Source: an uncultured Rikenellaceae bacterium (GTDB taxonomy: Bacteria > Bacteroidota > Bacteroidia > Bacteroidales > VadinHA17). Taken from it: a DNA stretch of 64,000 bases. Shown in pieces: positions 1 through 9,157 of the stretch. The number at the start of each line of letters is the position of its first letter. Within the stretch, counting starts at the first letter, position 1. The notes under the pieces are model-generated. The model did no database searches. It was not told where the DNA came from and saw only the letters and a list, made by a program, of their open reading frames with translations. Location of the stretch: the NCBI GenBank assembly GCA_964446825.1, contig CAYUQR010000015.1, positions 125 through 64,124 on the forward strand, in the 5' to 3' direction. Both the position numbers and the translations under genes were made by a program.

Positions 1-327
1 TTCTTCAGTATTATCATGATGAGGAACATACTTAAAAACTAGTCCATTTGCCCTGTCGGAGACAAAGTATAGAAATACAAGAACAATAACGACGACGATA
101 TAGTAACGATATTTCCTTGTTGTAAAAAAGAACTTTGGCACCAATACAAGGTAATTAATATAAAATATTATACCACCGATAATTGTATTGATATAGTAAA
201 GCCAGATAAAATCTGCTCCAACGTCCCATCTTTTAATAAAATACAGAGGCAATCCAAGAAGTATTGTCCAGGCGAGTACATGGAGCAAAACGTTTATTAA
301 ATTACCCTGGAAAAAGTTCTTTTTCAT
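1..327 (-). CDS. Membrane protein, N-terminal 109 codons only (gene continues past window start); possibly the membrane N-terminus of a LytS/His_kinase-type sensor kinase
   Basis: Not in ORF track because truncated. Reverse complement from ATG at 327..325 reads MKKNFFQGNLINVLLHVLAWTILLGLPLYFIKRWDVGADFIWLYYINTIIGGIIFYINYLVLVPKFFFTTRKYRYYIVVVIVLVFLYFVSDRANGLVFKYVPHHDNTEE, open to position 1. Three hydrophobic helices. The YINYLVLVPKFF..RKY pattern resembles what I recall from Bacteroidota LytTR-partner histidine kinases (tentative). Confidence 0.6.
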   Translation of the reverse strand, partial: MKKNFFQGNLINVLLHVLAWTILLGLPLYFIKRWDVGADFIWLYYINTIIGGIIFYINYLVLVPKFFFTTRKYRYYIVVVIVLVFLYFVSDRANGLVFKYVPHHDNTEE

Positions 328-417
328 TTGACAATACTATTCAGTTAATCAGCTAAAGATTAATAATATTTTGCAAAGTTTCACTTAAACAAGTCAAATT
401 TAGCAATTCACGATTGA

Positions 418-1638
418 TTATTCATACCTGAGAGCATCAATCGGATTTAAATTTGACGCCTTCCTGGCCGGATACCATCCAAAGAATACCCCTATTGCAA
501 AGCACACTGCAAACGCAAGAACCACCGACTGTGTTGTAATTACTGCATTTATGCTCATTAATGATCCGGCCAGTTCAGCAATCAGGTAACCGAATATTAC
601 CCCGAAAGCACCTCCTAATATGCTTAGTAACATCGATTCCACAAGAAATTGTTTAAGAATATCCTTGCCTCTGCCACCTACTGACATTCGTAATCCTATC
701 TCCCTTGTACGTTCAGTAACTGAAACAAACATGATATTCATGATCCCGATACCACCTACAAGCAGCGATATCCCTGCTATGGCTCCAAGAAGAATTGTCA
801 TTATATCGGTTATTGAAGACACAGTGGCTATTAATTCAGATTGCGACATAACCCTGAAATCATTCTCAGCTGATTCCTTTAGTTTATGTGTGGTTCGGAG
901 AGTCTCTTCAACCTCTGCCATTGCAGTGGGACTCTTCTCTTCACTTGCTGCAGAGGCATATATACCATTTATGTAATCAATTGCTGCAAGTCTGCGCTGA
1001 ACGGTTGTATAGGGAGCAAGTATAAGATCATCCTGGTCCTGTCCCATCCCGCTTTCACCTTTGTCTTCCAGAGTACCGATAATCTGAAACGGAAGGTTCT
1101 TGATGCGAATTGAAAGTCCGACCGGATCTGCTCCTTCGCCAAAGAGGTTTTCAACAACAGTTTGACCCAATATGCATACTTTAGCCATACTTTTTACCTC
1201 ATTGGCGTTGAATATCCTTCCGCTCTTTATCACGAGCTTCCTTATGTTAAGGTATTCCTCACTTACTCCATAAATTGTAGTCTGGGTGTTCTGATTACTG
1301 TATATCACCTGGCCATTGGCACGGACTTCAGGAGATACCGCTGCAAGCGCTGTCGCATCATTACGAAGAGCTACTACATCGCTATATTTTAGAGCCATTG
1401 AACTGGATGCACCTAAACTTACACCACCCCGCCGTTGAAAATTAGGCATAACCATGATCATATTCGTTCCCATTGATGACATCTCTTTTCTCATCCTTTG
1501 TTTTGAACCCTCCCCGATTGCAAGCATCGCAATTACAGAAGCTACACCTATTATAATTCCCAGCATTGTCAGAAAAGCTCGCAGCCTGTTTCTCACCAGA
1601 GCCCTTGTTGCGATCCTAAATAAATTTGAATAGTTCAT
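418..1638 (-). CDS. ABC transporter permease, MacB/FtsX family
   Basis: 406-aa ORF with an N-terminal TM (LTMLGIIIGVASVIAMLAIG), a large periplasmic insert and C-terminal FtsX-like helices (TREIGLRMSVGGRGKDILKQFLVES). Last gene of a tolC-adaptor-ATPase-permease string. Confidence 0.9.
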   Translation of the reverse strand: MNYSNLFRIATRALVRNRLRAFLTMLGIIIGVASVIAMLAIGEGSKQRMRKEMSSMGTNMIMVMPNFQRRGGVSLGASSSMALKYSDVVALRNDATALAAVSPEVRANGQVIYSNQNTQTTIYGVSEEYLNIRKLVIKSGRIFNANEVKSMAKVCILGQTVVENLFGEGADPVGLSIRIKNLPFQIIGTLEDKGESGMGQDQDDLILAPYTTVQRRLAAIDYINGIYASAASEEKSPTAMAEVEETLRTTHKLKESAENDFRVMSQSELIATVSSITDIMTILLGAIAGISLLVGGIGIMNIMFVSVTERTREIGLRMSVGGRGKDILKQFLVESMLLSILGGAFGVIFGYLIAELAGSLMSINAVITTQSVVLAFAVCFAIGVFFGWYPARKASNLNPIDALRYE

Positions 1639-1649
1639 CTTCCTGAATT

Positions 1650-2414
1650 TTAATTTTTTTTGTCAAATTCTTCAATATCTTCAACAGGCAGTGTCCTGAG
1701 TACTTCCTTTGCAGAAAGCCTGTCGGTGACGACATTCTCGCGCTGAATTTTTCCATCTCTGAAGATCACATTCCTGGTTGCAAACTTTGCAATATCTGTC
1801 TCATGAGTTACATATACTATTGTCCTTCCTTTTTCATTCAGATCCTGGAACAAGTCCATAATTTCAAATGAAGTCCTTGTATCGAGGTTTCCTGTTGGTT
1901 CATCGGCCAGTATCAGCACAGGGTCATTAACAAGAGATCTTGCTATTGCAACTCTCTGCTGCTGACCTCCGGACAACTGGTTGGGCATATGCCCCATACG
2001 ATCTGCAAGTCCTACTGCCTCAAGTGCATACAAGGCCCGCTCCTTGCGTTCCTTTGATCTTATTTTATCATTATAAAAGAGTGGCAGTTCAACGTTTTCC
2101 AGAGCTGTTGTTCTTGCAAGAAGATTATAGGCCTGAAAGACAAATCCCAGCTTTTTGTTTCGAAGTCTTGCCGTTTCATCCTTATCCATTGTATTAACAT
2201 CTACTCCATCAAGTAAATAGTCTCCATGTGTCGGTTTATCCAGACATCCAATGATATTTAGCATCGTGGATTTACCGGACCCGCTCATTCCCATTATTGC
2301 AACAAACTCTCCGGTATGTATCTTCAGATCCACTCCTCTTAAAGCGTGTACAGTAACCTCCCCTATGTGATAATCCTTCCTGAGGTTACTGATCTCTATG
2401 ATTGTATTATTCAT
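1650..2414 (-). CDS. ABC transporter ATP-binding protein (MacB/LolD type)
   Basis: Walker [10 protein letters not shown], signature [14 protein letters not shown], Walker [13 protein letters not shown]. The ORF track runs to 2453, but the family-like N-terminus [11 protein letters not shown] begins at ATG 2414 (either start is possible). Confidence 0.9.
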   Translation of the reverse strand: MNNTIIEISNLRKDYHIGEVTVHALRGVDLKIHTGEFVAIMGMSGSGKSTMLNIIGCLDKPTHGDYLLDGVDVNTMDKDETARLRNKKLGFVFQAYNLLARTTALENVELPLFYNDKIRSKERKERALYALEAVGLADRMGHMPNQLSGGQQQRVAIARSLVNDPVLILADEPTGNLDTRTSFEIMDLFQDLNEKGRTIVYVTHETDIAKFATRNVIFRDGKIQRENVVTDRLSAKEVLRTLPVEDIEEFDKKN

Positions 2415-2449
2415 TACTCTTATTATTAGATTCTGTCTATTTGCTAGTT

Positions 2450-3748
2450 TCAAAATGGGAACGGACCTCTGGGACCATCATTTTTCTTTGTTGCAGTTTT
2501 TGCTGCTCCTTTATTCATGGCAATTATTACCTCATCTCCTTCATTCAGACCTGAAATGATTTCAACATTCGATCCGTTATCAACGCCAATCTTTACCATC
2601 TGAGGACGCAGTGTCATCTTATCATCTTTCACCCAAATAGTTTTTGTCTTGGGATCGCTTTTTATAGTTCCCGGGGCCATTCCGTTTGCAGGCATATTTG
2701 AAGCTGGGCCACCAGGACCGGTGGTTCTCACTGCCGGGGATCCCGTTGATGTTCCTGAAGAGGGACCTTGAGGCATCTTAGGAAGTGTACCGTCGGCCTG
2801 CATTTTGGCAAACATCTTCTGAAGGTATTCCTTATCAGGTGTAAATCTCATTGCCTTGCCTGACAATGTGAGTGTATTCTCCTTTTCCTCAACATAAATG
2901 GTAGCACTGGCAGTCATCCCCGGCATAAGCTTTTTATCGGGATTCGGAGCGCTTAATATTACCACATAGGTGACAACATTATTGGTAGTTACTGGCTGTA
3001 ATCTTACTTCAGACACATTACCTTCAAATTTCATGTCGGGATATGCATCAACAGTAAACTCAACACGCTGACCCTGTTTTACTTTTCCAATATCGGCTTC
3101 ATCAACACTTGTCTGTACTTCCATGCGTGTAAGGTCATTCACTATTGTAAACAATGTTGGGGTATTAAAGCTGGCTGCAACAGTCTGTCCCTCTTCCACG
3201 GCCCTGTTCAGCACTACGCCATCAATTGGTGATGTTATAGTAGCATAATCGAGATTGACCTGGGCCCGTGCCAGGGCAAATTTGGCATTTGCAAGGTTAC
3301 CTTTTGCATTCTCATAATTGTAAACTGCCTGGTCATAATCAGCCTTAGCTATCAGTTTCTTATCAAAAAGCACCTTTAACCGTTCATAAGTTGCTTCCTG
3401 AAAATTGAGCTGCGCCTGTGCCTGGTTGACTGATGCCTGGCTCTGGTCAAGCTGAGCCTTAAGAGCAGTTTCATCAAGCTTGGCGAGTAACTGACCCTGC
3501 TTTACATCCTGATTAAAAGTAACATAAACATGTTGCAGGATCCCCGATACCTGGGTACCAACATTTACTGTAGTTATTGCCTCAACGGTGCCTGTGGCAG
3601 TTACCGTGTTGGTAATGTTACCCCTTTCGACCTTTACAGTGTCGAAAGAAATAGTGTCATCCTTTTTAGTGAAGGATCTCAGTGCCATTATAGCGATAAT
3701 GACTGCTCCAACGGCAACTGCGATGATTATTAACGTTTTCTTTTTCAT
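2450..3748 (-). CDS. Efflux transporter periplasmic adaptor subunit (MacA/HlyD membrane-fusion family)
   Basis: 432-aa ORF with an N-terminal TM anchor, a coiled-coil hairpin region ([30 protein letters not shown]) and a beta-barrel region. Sits between tolC and the ABC ATPase. Confidence 0.88.
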   Translation of the reverse strand: MKKKTLIIIAVAVGAVIIAIMALRSFTKKDDTISFDTVKVERGNITNTVTATGTVEAITTVNVGTQVSGILQHVYVTFNQDVKQGQLLAKLDETALKAQLDQSQASVNQAQAQLNFQEATYERLKVLFDKKLIAKADYDQAVYNYENAKGNLANAKFALARAQVNLDYATITSPIDGVVLNRAVEEGQTVAASFNTPTLFTIVNDLTRMEVQTSVDEADIGKVKQGQRVEFTVDAYPDMKFEGNVSEVRLQPVTTNNVVTYVVILSAPNPDKKLMPGMTASATIYVEEKENTLTLSGKAMRFTPDKEYLQKMFAKMQADGTLPKMPQGPSSGTSTGSPAVRTTGPGGPASNMPANGMAPGTIKSDPKTKTIWVKDDKMTLRPQMVKIGVDNGSNVEIISGLNEGDEVIIAMNKGAAKTATKKNDGPRGPFPF

Positions 3749-3864
3749 TATTTTATTATTTTATCATTTTGGTTTTCATGTGATAATGGAACCCAAATGC
3801 CATCTAACCTGTAATTATTTGTATCATTATTTTATGTCGATGTGGGTGTCATTAAAAGTACCAT

Positions 3865-5193
3865 TTACAGTGACAAAGGAATTCCCATATAAAAATCAAG
3901 GATCTTATAACTGAAAATCAAATTATATTTTGATTGTAAGAGCTTGCTTTCCGCTACAATAAGATTCGTCTTTGAAACCAGGTAATCTGTGGAGTTGATG
4001 ATTCCCTGATTAAATTGTTCGTCTGAAAGAGATGATGCTTCCTGTGTAGCTTTATAGTTCTCGATGTTTGCTTCGTATTCAATCTGTGCTGAGGTGACAT
4101 CAAGGCAGGCCTGTTCAATACTCTTCCTCAACTGGTTTCTGGTGTCTATTTCGCTCAATTCAGCGTCCTGGTAACCTAGTTTTGCAAGAGATACATTTGT
4201 CTTAACCTGTTTTTTCTGATAGATAGGAATCGAAAGTGAAAATCCCACAGCGGGACTTATACCATTATTTAACTGATTATAATAGGGATCAGAAACCTGG
4301 CTTGAAAAACCTGAACTTAAACCAGCGCTGGCAGATAATACCGGGAAATATGATGACCTGGCAATTTTTTCATCAAGACCTGCAACTTCTTTATTTATGG
4401 AAGCATTTTTTACCTGAGGTTTTATTGCCAGGGCTGTTTCAAATACCGTTTTAACGTCCGGGATCAGCTTTTTATTAAGCACTGAATCCAGATCGGGATG
4501 TGCAACAGAGAAGTCCTCCTGCACAGGCAGTTCCATCAGTTGCATCAGTGTGATCTTTGCTATTGAGAGCTGGCTTTCTGAATTTGCAAGAGTAAGCTTC
4601 TCACTGGCCAGTTGAGATTTAACCTGGGCATAGTCTGCTGTAGATATCACCTGTAGCGTCAGTCTTTCTGCGGCTAAATTAAGCTGGCTGGTGGTTGATT
4701 CGATTTGTTTCTGACTGTTCTTTACCTGTTCCTCTGCATATAAAACCTGGAGATATGCATCCAGTATGTTCAGGCTGATCGATTCTTTAGTGGTTTCAAG
4801 AGAAAACTTCCCGGCTTCTATTCCCAGATCAGCCTGTTTGATCTGATTATTCAATCTTGAAGCGTTGTAAATTGTCACACCTGAGTTGACTGAGTAGTTT
4901 GAGCCATTTACTCCTGAAAAACCTGAACTACCGGTTAAATTGCTTTTGCTCCAGTTGAAATTCTCATTAACAGACCCATTTACAAATGGCATACGCTGAG
5001 CCTTTGCCTGATCAGCATAAACCACCGACTGCTGATTTGCCAGTTCGCTCTTTCTTATCTGGATATTCTGATCATAAGCATGCTCTATACATTTCTGAAG
5101 AGTCCATACACTGTCTTGTTGTGAAAGAATGAACATGCCATGGCATGTCCCTACTGTCAAACAAAAACTTAATATTAAAATCAATTTTCTCAT
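3865..5193 (-). CDS. TolC-family outer-membrane efflux protein
   Basis: 442-aa ORF with a signal peptide, two-fold repeated coiled-coil/beta architecture and typical TolC heptads (LDAYLQVLYAEEQV..., LIVAESKLLQSKYNLIFSYKILDFYMG). Confidence 0.85.
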   Translation of the reverse strand: MRKLILILSFCLTVGTCHGMFILSQQDSVWTLQKCIEHAYDQNIQIRKSELANQQSVVYADQAKAQRMPFVNGSVNENFNWSKSNLTGSSGFSGVNGSNYSVNSGVTIYNASRLNNQIKQADLGIEAGKFSLETTKESISLNILDAYLQVLYAEEQVKNSQKQIESTTSQLNLAAERLTLQVISTADYAQVKSQLASEKLTLANSESQLSIAKITLMQLMELPVQEDFSVAHPDLDSVLNKKLIPDVKTVFETALAIKPQVKNASINKEVAGLDEKIARSSYFPVLSASAGLSSGFSSQVSDPYYNQLNNGISPAVGFSLSIPIYQKKQVKTNVSLAKLGYQDAELSEIDTRNQLRKSIEQACLDVTSAQIEYEANIENYKATQEASSLSDEQFNQGIINSTDYLVSKTNLIVAESKLLQSKYNLIFSYKILDFYMGIPLSL

Positions 5194-5407
5194 AAATCTG
5201 TCTCCATTTTGGGATAAAAGTATGGACAGACCTATGCAGAAAAAAATTTAATAGAAGATCAGGTTGATTTTACCGACAGAAAGATGATTTTCAGATACAG
5301 AAACCACAGAGGATAGAACCAATAAATAAACAAGGAGTGCTGATTAAGCTATTTTCAACACCCCTTGCTTGGTAGTTTTAATATTTCAGCGCGACAGGTA
5401 TTCTGTT

Positions 5408-6355
5408 TTATATCGGATTTAAATAAGAGGGTTCTGATGACTTAATTAAGAGAAGATTTGCCCTTAGTCCGTCAAGATAGATAAGTGTCCATGAGAGAGT
5501 AGTGTCATTGAAAAGTCTTTTGGCCCATTTCTGTGGATCGATTGACGGTTCATCCCAATCAAAAATTGCCTGTGAATTCTTAACCAGTTCCTTCAATCCC
5601 GGATAAGTTTTCATCTCATTCAAAAGGCTTATAAGACTATTAGCCAACTTTTCCCCGGGATACGATTCCTGTAAAATTAATTCTGCACTTTTTCTTGCAT
5701 CAGGTCTAACAAGATTTCCGGGATTTTTAATCCATTGATCAAGAGGAATCTGCTCGAGATTTAAAACTGCAGCCTGGGTCTCATCTAAAATCTTTATTGT
5801 TTCATCAATTTTGCTATTTAAAGGTGATTTCAGACATGAATCTGGCAGTTGACCCAGAATAATTTCCAGCTTGCTATAATTTCGTGACAAATTATAACTA
5901 TCCTCTACCCTGTCTTTTGTGACATTCAGTGCCAACAGCGCTGAAAAAACAGAATTCAGGGCCAGTAGTAACAAAACAAAAACAGTATTATATATATTGA
6001 AATTCTTGTTTTTCGCGGTTACAATAAGGAAGACCGGTAGAAATACTACGTAAGGGAAGGGTAAAGCAATAGTAAGCATGACACCTGCAAAAGGCCAGTG
6101 CTGTATTTTGAACAGCATTGATATGAATATCACAAAACAGGTCAGGTATGTCACTATATACAGCAACAGGTTATGGTTGCTTTCTTCAGACTTATAATGA
6201 TTTATCAGGGCTGCCGGAAGAAAGATAAAAACCATGGTTAAAAGACCTAAAGTCAACATTACACCCGCACCGGGCATGTGGTTTACTTTGAAGATTGCCC
6301 CAATAAAAACGACCAGGGTGGTAATTACTCCCAAAATGTATATCTTTTGTTTCAT
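5408..6355 (-). CDS. Membrane protein with two 60-aa FK[VI][NQ]H[MW]P TM-hairpin repeats, a fifth TM and a ~170-aa extracytoplasmic C-terminal domain (GldL-like hairpins / GldM-like tail, tentative)
   Basis: 315-aa ORF with FKVNHMPGAG at aa 22 and FKIQHWPFAG at aa 82, each between two hydrophobic helices. A further TM (IYNTVFVLLLLALNSVFSALLALNV) is followed by TKDRVEDSYNL... Paralogous to the upstream 478-aa protein. Confidence 0.75.
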   Translation of the reverse strand: MKQKIYILGVITTLVVFIGAIFKVNHMPGAGVMLTLGLLTMVFIFLPAALINHYKSEESNHNLLLYIVTYLTCFVIFISMLFKIQHWPFAGVMLTIALPFPYVVFLPVFLIVTAKNKNFNIYNTVFVLLLLALNSVFSALLALNVTKDRVEDSYNLSRNYSKLEIILGQLPDSCLKSPLNSKIDETIKILDETQAAVLNLEQIPLDQWIKNPGNLVRPDARKSAELILQESYPGEKLANSLISLLNEMKTYPGLKELVKNSQAIFDWDEPSIDPQKWAKRLFNDTTLSWTLIYLDGLRANLLLIKSSEPSYLNPI

Positions 6356-6375
6356 TTTACAATGTATTAATTTGA

Positions 6376-7812
6376 TTATCTATGATTTGCAGCAGCAGTC
6401 AGCATTTGCCATTCAAAAGTAAGGATCCCGTTTTTAAGGACTTCAAGGGAGTGCAAGCCCGACATAAGCGATATTATATTATTTTCATTGATCTCCCCCG
6501 GTAAATAATTTGAAGGGTCCAGAAGATTTTCAAACTTCAGAAGATCTTTTCCCGGATTAATTCCGGAAATGAATTCTTCGTATTGCATTATAGCCGCATT
6601 AAGTTCCTGGCGTGAACTGCAGCCAGGGAGAAGAAAATCTCTGACCGGAGCCAAAGTGAAGGGTGCAGAAAGATACCTGTACTGAATAACGGGACCTGTT
6701 TCTGTCTGCTTTATCTGATCAGAACCGACTGCAGCAGTTGCTGGTCTTCCTTCTGATGCCTGCACCATCTGAACCTGTATGTTGTCAATAAGAGATAGTA
6801 ATCCTGCTGTTTTGGTATGAATTTGTTCCATCTGCGGATAGCTTGCAGAATCGTGGTACATGGTCATAAGTGAATTGTTATTACCATTCAGATAATTAAA
6901 CATTTCCTGTTGCTGCAGCTGGTTAGGATAAAAACCTTCTTCGTATGAACGCTGCAGGTTGAGGTTCAACAGAGCTCCGGGAACAATAATCAACAGAGCA
7001 CCTATTACCAGGTAGATGTATCGTGCTTTTATATGATTTTCCTCCTTCCATGTAATCCATGTATACCATGGGAAAGCCACCACACTAAGAACAACAACCC
7101 CCAGTATCATAAGAGCTGTAGCCAGAGGCCAGTGCTGTATTTTAAAGAACATCCCTGCGACATAAAAAATAATTCCGGCTGCGCCAATAATATATACAGG
7201 TCTCTTAGCCCTGTTTTCCTGATCAGTTATCCTGCTTACCATCAGGGCTGGTATAAAGAAGAGTACAGCGGATAATGCAGCAAGGCTCAAAATTATTCCG
7301 GCTCCCGGCCAGTGCTGTATTTTGAAAAGAGTTCCTGTAATAAAGAACAGCGATGCAAAAAACGCGGAGATAAACAAGAAGATTCTCTTTCTGTTGCGAG
7401 TTTCTTTCCAGAGGACGCTGAGGGCTGAAGGCATAAAGAGAAAGGCCAGGATCAGTGCCCCAAGGGTCATCAGGATTCCGGCACCTGGCCAGTGCTGTAT
7501 CTTGAATAAGGCTGCAAAGCCATACATAATAGTTCCGGCAACGCCGGAAATTTTCATTAGGTTTTTCATTTTTCTGTATTTGGTGTCAACTAAATAAAGT
7601 GTCTCTTCCTGTATTTCCCTGATTCTGCGTGATCCAATTTTTCTTTTTACCTTTTTATAGGCTTCGGAAAAATCCAGTCCTCTTTGCATTTCATACTCCA
7701 CATCGCAGCATACATGATCGATCAGTTCCTCAAGGAGATGGGAAAATGTTATATCCTGCTTCCTTAAGTCACGGCTTATCAGGTTAATATCATGAAGGCT
7801 CAGTTCATGCAT
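6376..7812 (-). CDS. PadR-coupled membrane protein: cytoplasmic helical N-domain, three 60-aa FKIQHWP TM-hairpin repeats, a seventh TM and a ~195-aa extracytoplasmic domain
   Basis: 478-aa ORF overlapping padR by 8 bp. FKIQHWP occurs at aa 103, 163 and 223 (exactly 60 aa apart). Lys/Arg-rich linkers lie between hairpins. The N-terminal EELIDHVCCDVEYEMQRGLDFSEAYKKVKRKIG resembles PadR-associated permease-prefix/HAAS-like helices (from memory). Confidence 0.75.
   Translation of the reverse strand: MHELSLHDINLISRDLRKQDITFSHLLEELIDHVCCDVEYEMQRGLDFSEAYKKVKRKIGSRRIREIQEETLYLVDTKYRKMKNLMKISGVAGTIMYGFAALFKIQHWPGAGILMTLGALILAFLFMPSALSVLWKETRNRKRIFLFISAFFASLFFITGTLFKIQHWPGAGIILSLAALSAVLFFIPALMVSRITDQENRAKRPVYIIGAAGIIFYVAGMFFKIQHWPLATALMILGVVVLSVVAFPWYTWITWKEENHIKARYIYLVIGALLIIVPGALLNLNLQRSYEEGFYPNQLQQQEMFNYLNGNNNSLMTMYHDSASYPQMEQIHTKTAGLLSLIDNIQVQMVQASEGRPATAAVGSDQIKQTETGPVIQYRYLSAPFTLAPVRDFLLPGCSSRQELNAAIMQYEEFISGINPGKDLLKFENLLDPSNYLPGEINENNIISLMSGLHSLEVLKNGILTFEWQMLTAAANHR
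7018..7557 (-). repeat. Three in-frame 180-bp (60-aa) intragenic tandem repeats encoding TM-hairpins
   Basis: The + strand 20-mer GGCCAGTGCTGTAT(T/C)TT(G/A)AA occurs at 7127, 7307 and 7487 (exactly 180 bp apart). The same 20-mer is at 6093 in the neighbouring gene, with a diverged copy at 6272..6292. Confidence 0.85.
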
Positions 7813-8149
7813 GGCTTAAGCCGGGTTGAATATCAATAATACGTTTTAACGATTCTATGAACTCGTTCATCTCTTTAATCTTTTCAATCACAAGTGATTG
7901 CCCTTTATCAGTAAGTGCATAATAGATCCTTACCCTGTTATTATAGTTATCCGATGCAGTTACGAGAATACCGTCGTTTTCAAGTTTATGAAGCACAGGA
8001 TATATAGCTCCGTAGGTAAGTTTGATTTCACCGCCGGTCAGTTCTTCCACTTTCCCTGTTAATGCATAGCCGTGCATGGGGCCTTCCTCTTTCAATACTT
8101 TCAGAAGTATTGTTTTCAGGGATCCTTTAAGAAGTTCGTTTGATATCAT
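7805..8149 (-). CDS. PadR-family transcriptional regulator
   Basis: 114-aa ORF with winged-helix pattern LKGSLKTILLKVLKEEGPMHGYALTGKVEELTGGEIKLTYGAIYPVLHKLENDGIL plus a C-terminal helix. Classic PadR size and layout. Confidence 0.9.
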   Translation of the reverse strand: MISNELLKGSLKTILLKVLKEEGPMHGYALTGKVEELTGGEIKLTYGAIYPVLHKLENDGILVTASDNYNNRVRIYYALTDKGQSLVIEKIKEMNEFIESLKRIIDIQPGLSHA

Positions 8150-8181
8150 GATTTATTTATATGTAAGTTTCTTATATATTG

Positions 8182-8189
8182 CAAATATA
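8182..8189 (-). promoter_or_regulatory. Candidate Bacteroidota -7 promoter box (TATATTTG) for padR
   Basis: Reverse complement of caaatata matches TAnnTTTG, 33 nt upstream of the padR ATG (8149), in a very AT-rich divergent intergenic region. Confidence 0.3.
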
Positions 8190-8542
8190 TTATATTATTT
8201 TTATATATTATTACCTTTTAATAATATTTTTTTATTTTAATATATTTCCCCAAGAATATTTTATTTTAGAAATATTATCTGCATTGCGATTAAATTTTTT
8301 ATAAATCCAAAATGACAGGTCCTGATAATTCCTAACAATAATAATTATTCATCCCTGGGATTGGTCGCATTAAATGTGGGGATAGGTCAGCGAGACCATA
8401 ATCAATTAAATTTAAACATATTAACGTTAATATCCAAAAATATTTTATAAAATATTTGCATAATTAATAAATACAAATTAATTTTGATCAGTTGGTTAAA
8501 CTAAATGGTTTATCTAATTAGTTAAATAATCTGGTTAAAATT

Positions 8543-9154
8543 ATGCCTGAGTTAGAGAGTCATACGGAGGAAAAAATATTTGAAGCGGCAAGCGATGTAT
8601 TCATTGAAGAAGGATCAGCCGGAGCAAGGATGCAGACTATAGCCGACAGAGCAGGGATAAACAAGGCCCTGCTCCATTACTATTTCAGATCAAAGGACCA
8701 TCTATTTGAAGCTGTGTTTTTAAAACTGGCTCAGAAAATGCTCAACAAGTTCTCCCCAATATTTGAGGAAAACCTTACCCTTGAAGATAAAATACGGTTC
8801 TTCTTCAGGGAACATATAAGTTTTATGCAACAAAACCCTAAACTGCCGGCATTTATTATCAGCGAAATAAACCGTAACCCCGAACGCATAAGGAAACTCC
8901 TCGCTAATGTCGATTTCAAAAAATTCTGGTCAGAAATTCTTACACAACATTCTGCAGAACTACATAAATATAATATAAGTGAAGAAAACCTCCCACAGAT
9001 AATGACAACCATTGCTTCATTATCCGTTTTTCCATTTGCAGCCAAAGGTATAATTGAAGTGATATTAAGCAAATCCGGAGTTGATTTTGAAAAATATGTT
9101 GAAGATCGTAAGCAATTTGCCGCTGATTTTGTTATAAAAGCTATAAGCCGATAG
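8543..9154 (+). CDS. TetR/AcrR-family transcriptional regulator
   Basis: 203-aa ORF with N-terminal HTH (ARMQTIADRAGINKALLHYYFRSKDHLFEAV). First gene of the efflux operon. Confidence 0.9.
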   Translation: MPELESHTEEKIFEAASDVFIEEGSAGARMQTIADRAGINKALLHYYFRSKDHLFEAVFLKLAQKMLNKFSPIFEENLTLEDKIRFFFREHISFMQQNPKLPAFIISEINRNPERIRKLLANVDFKKFWSEILTQHSAELHKYNISEENLPQIMTTIASLSVFPFAAKGIIEVILSKSGVDFEKYVEDRKQFAADFVIKAISR

Positions 9155-9157
9155 TAA

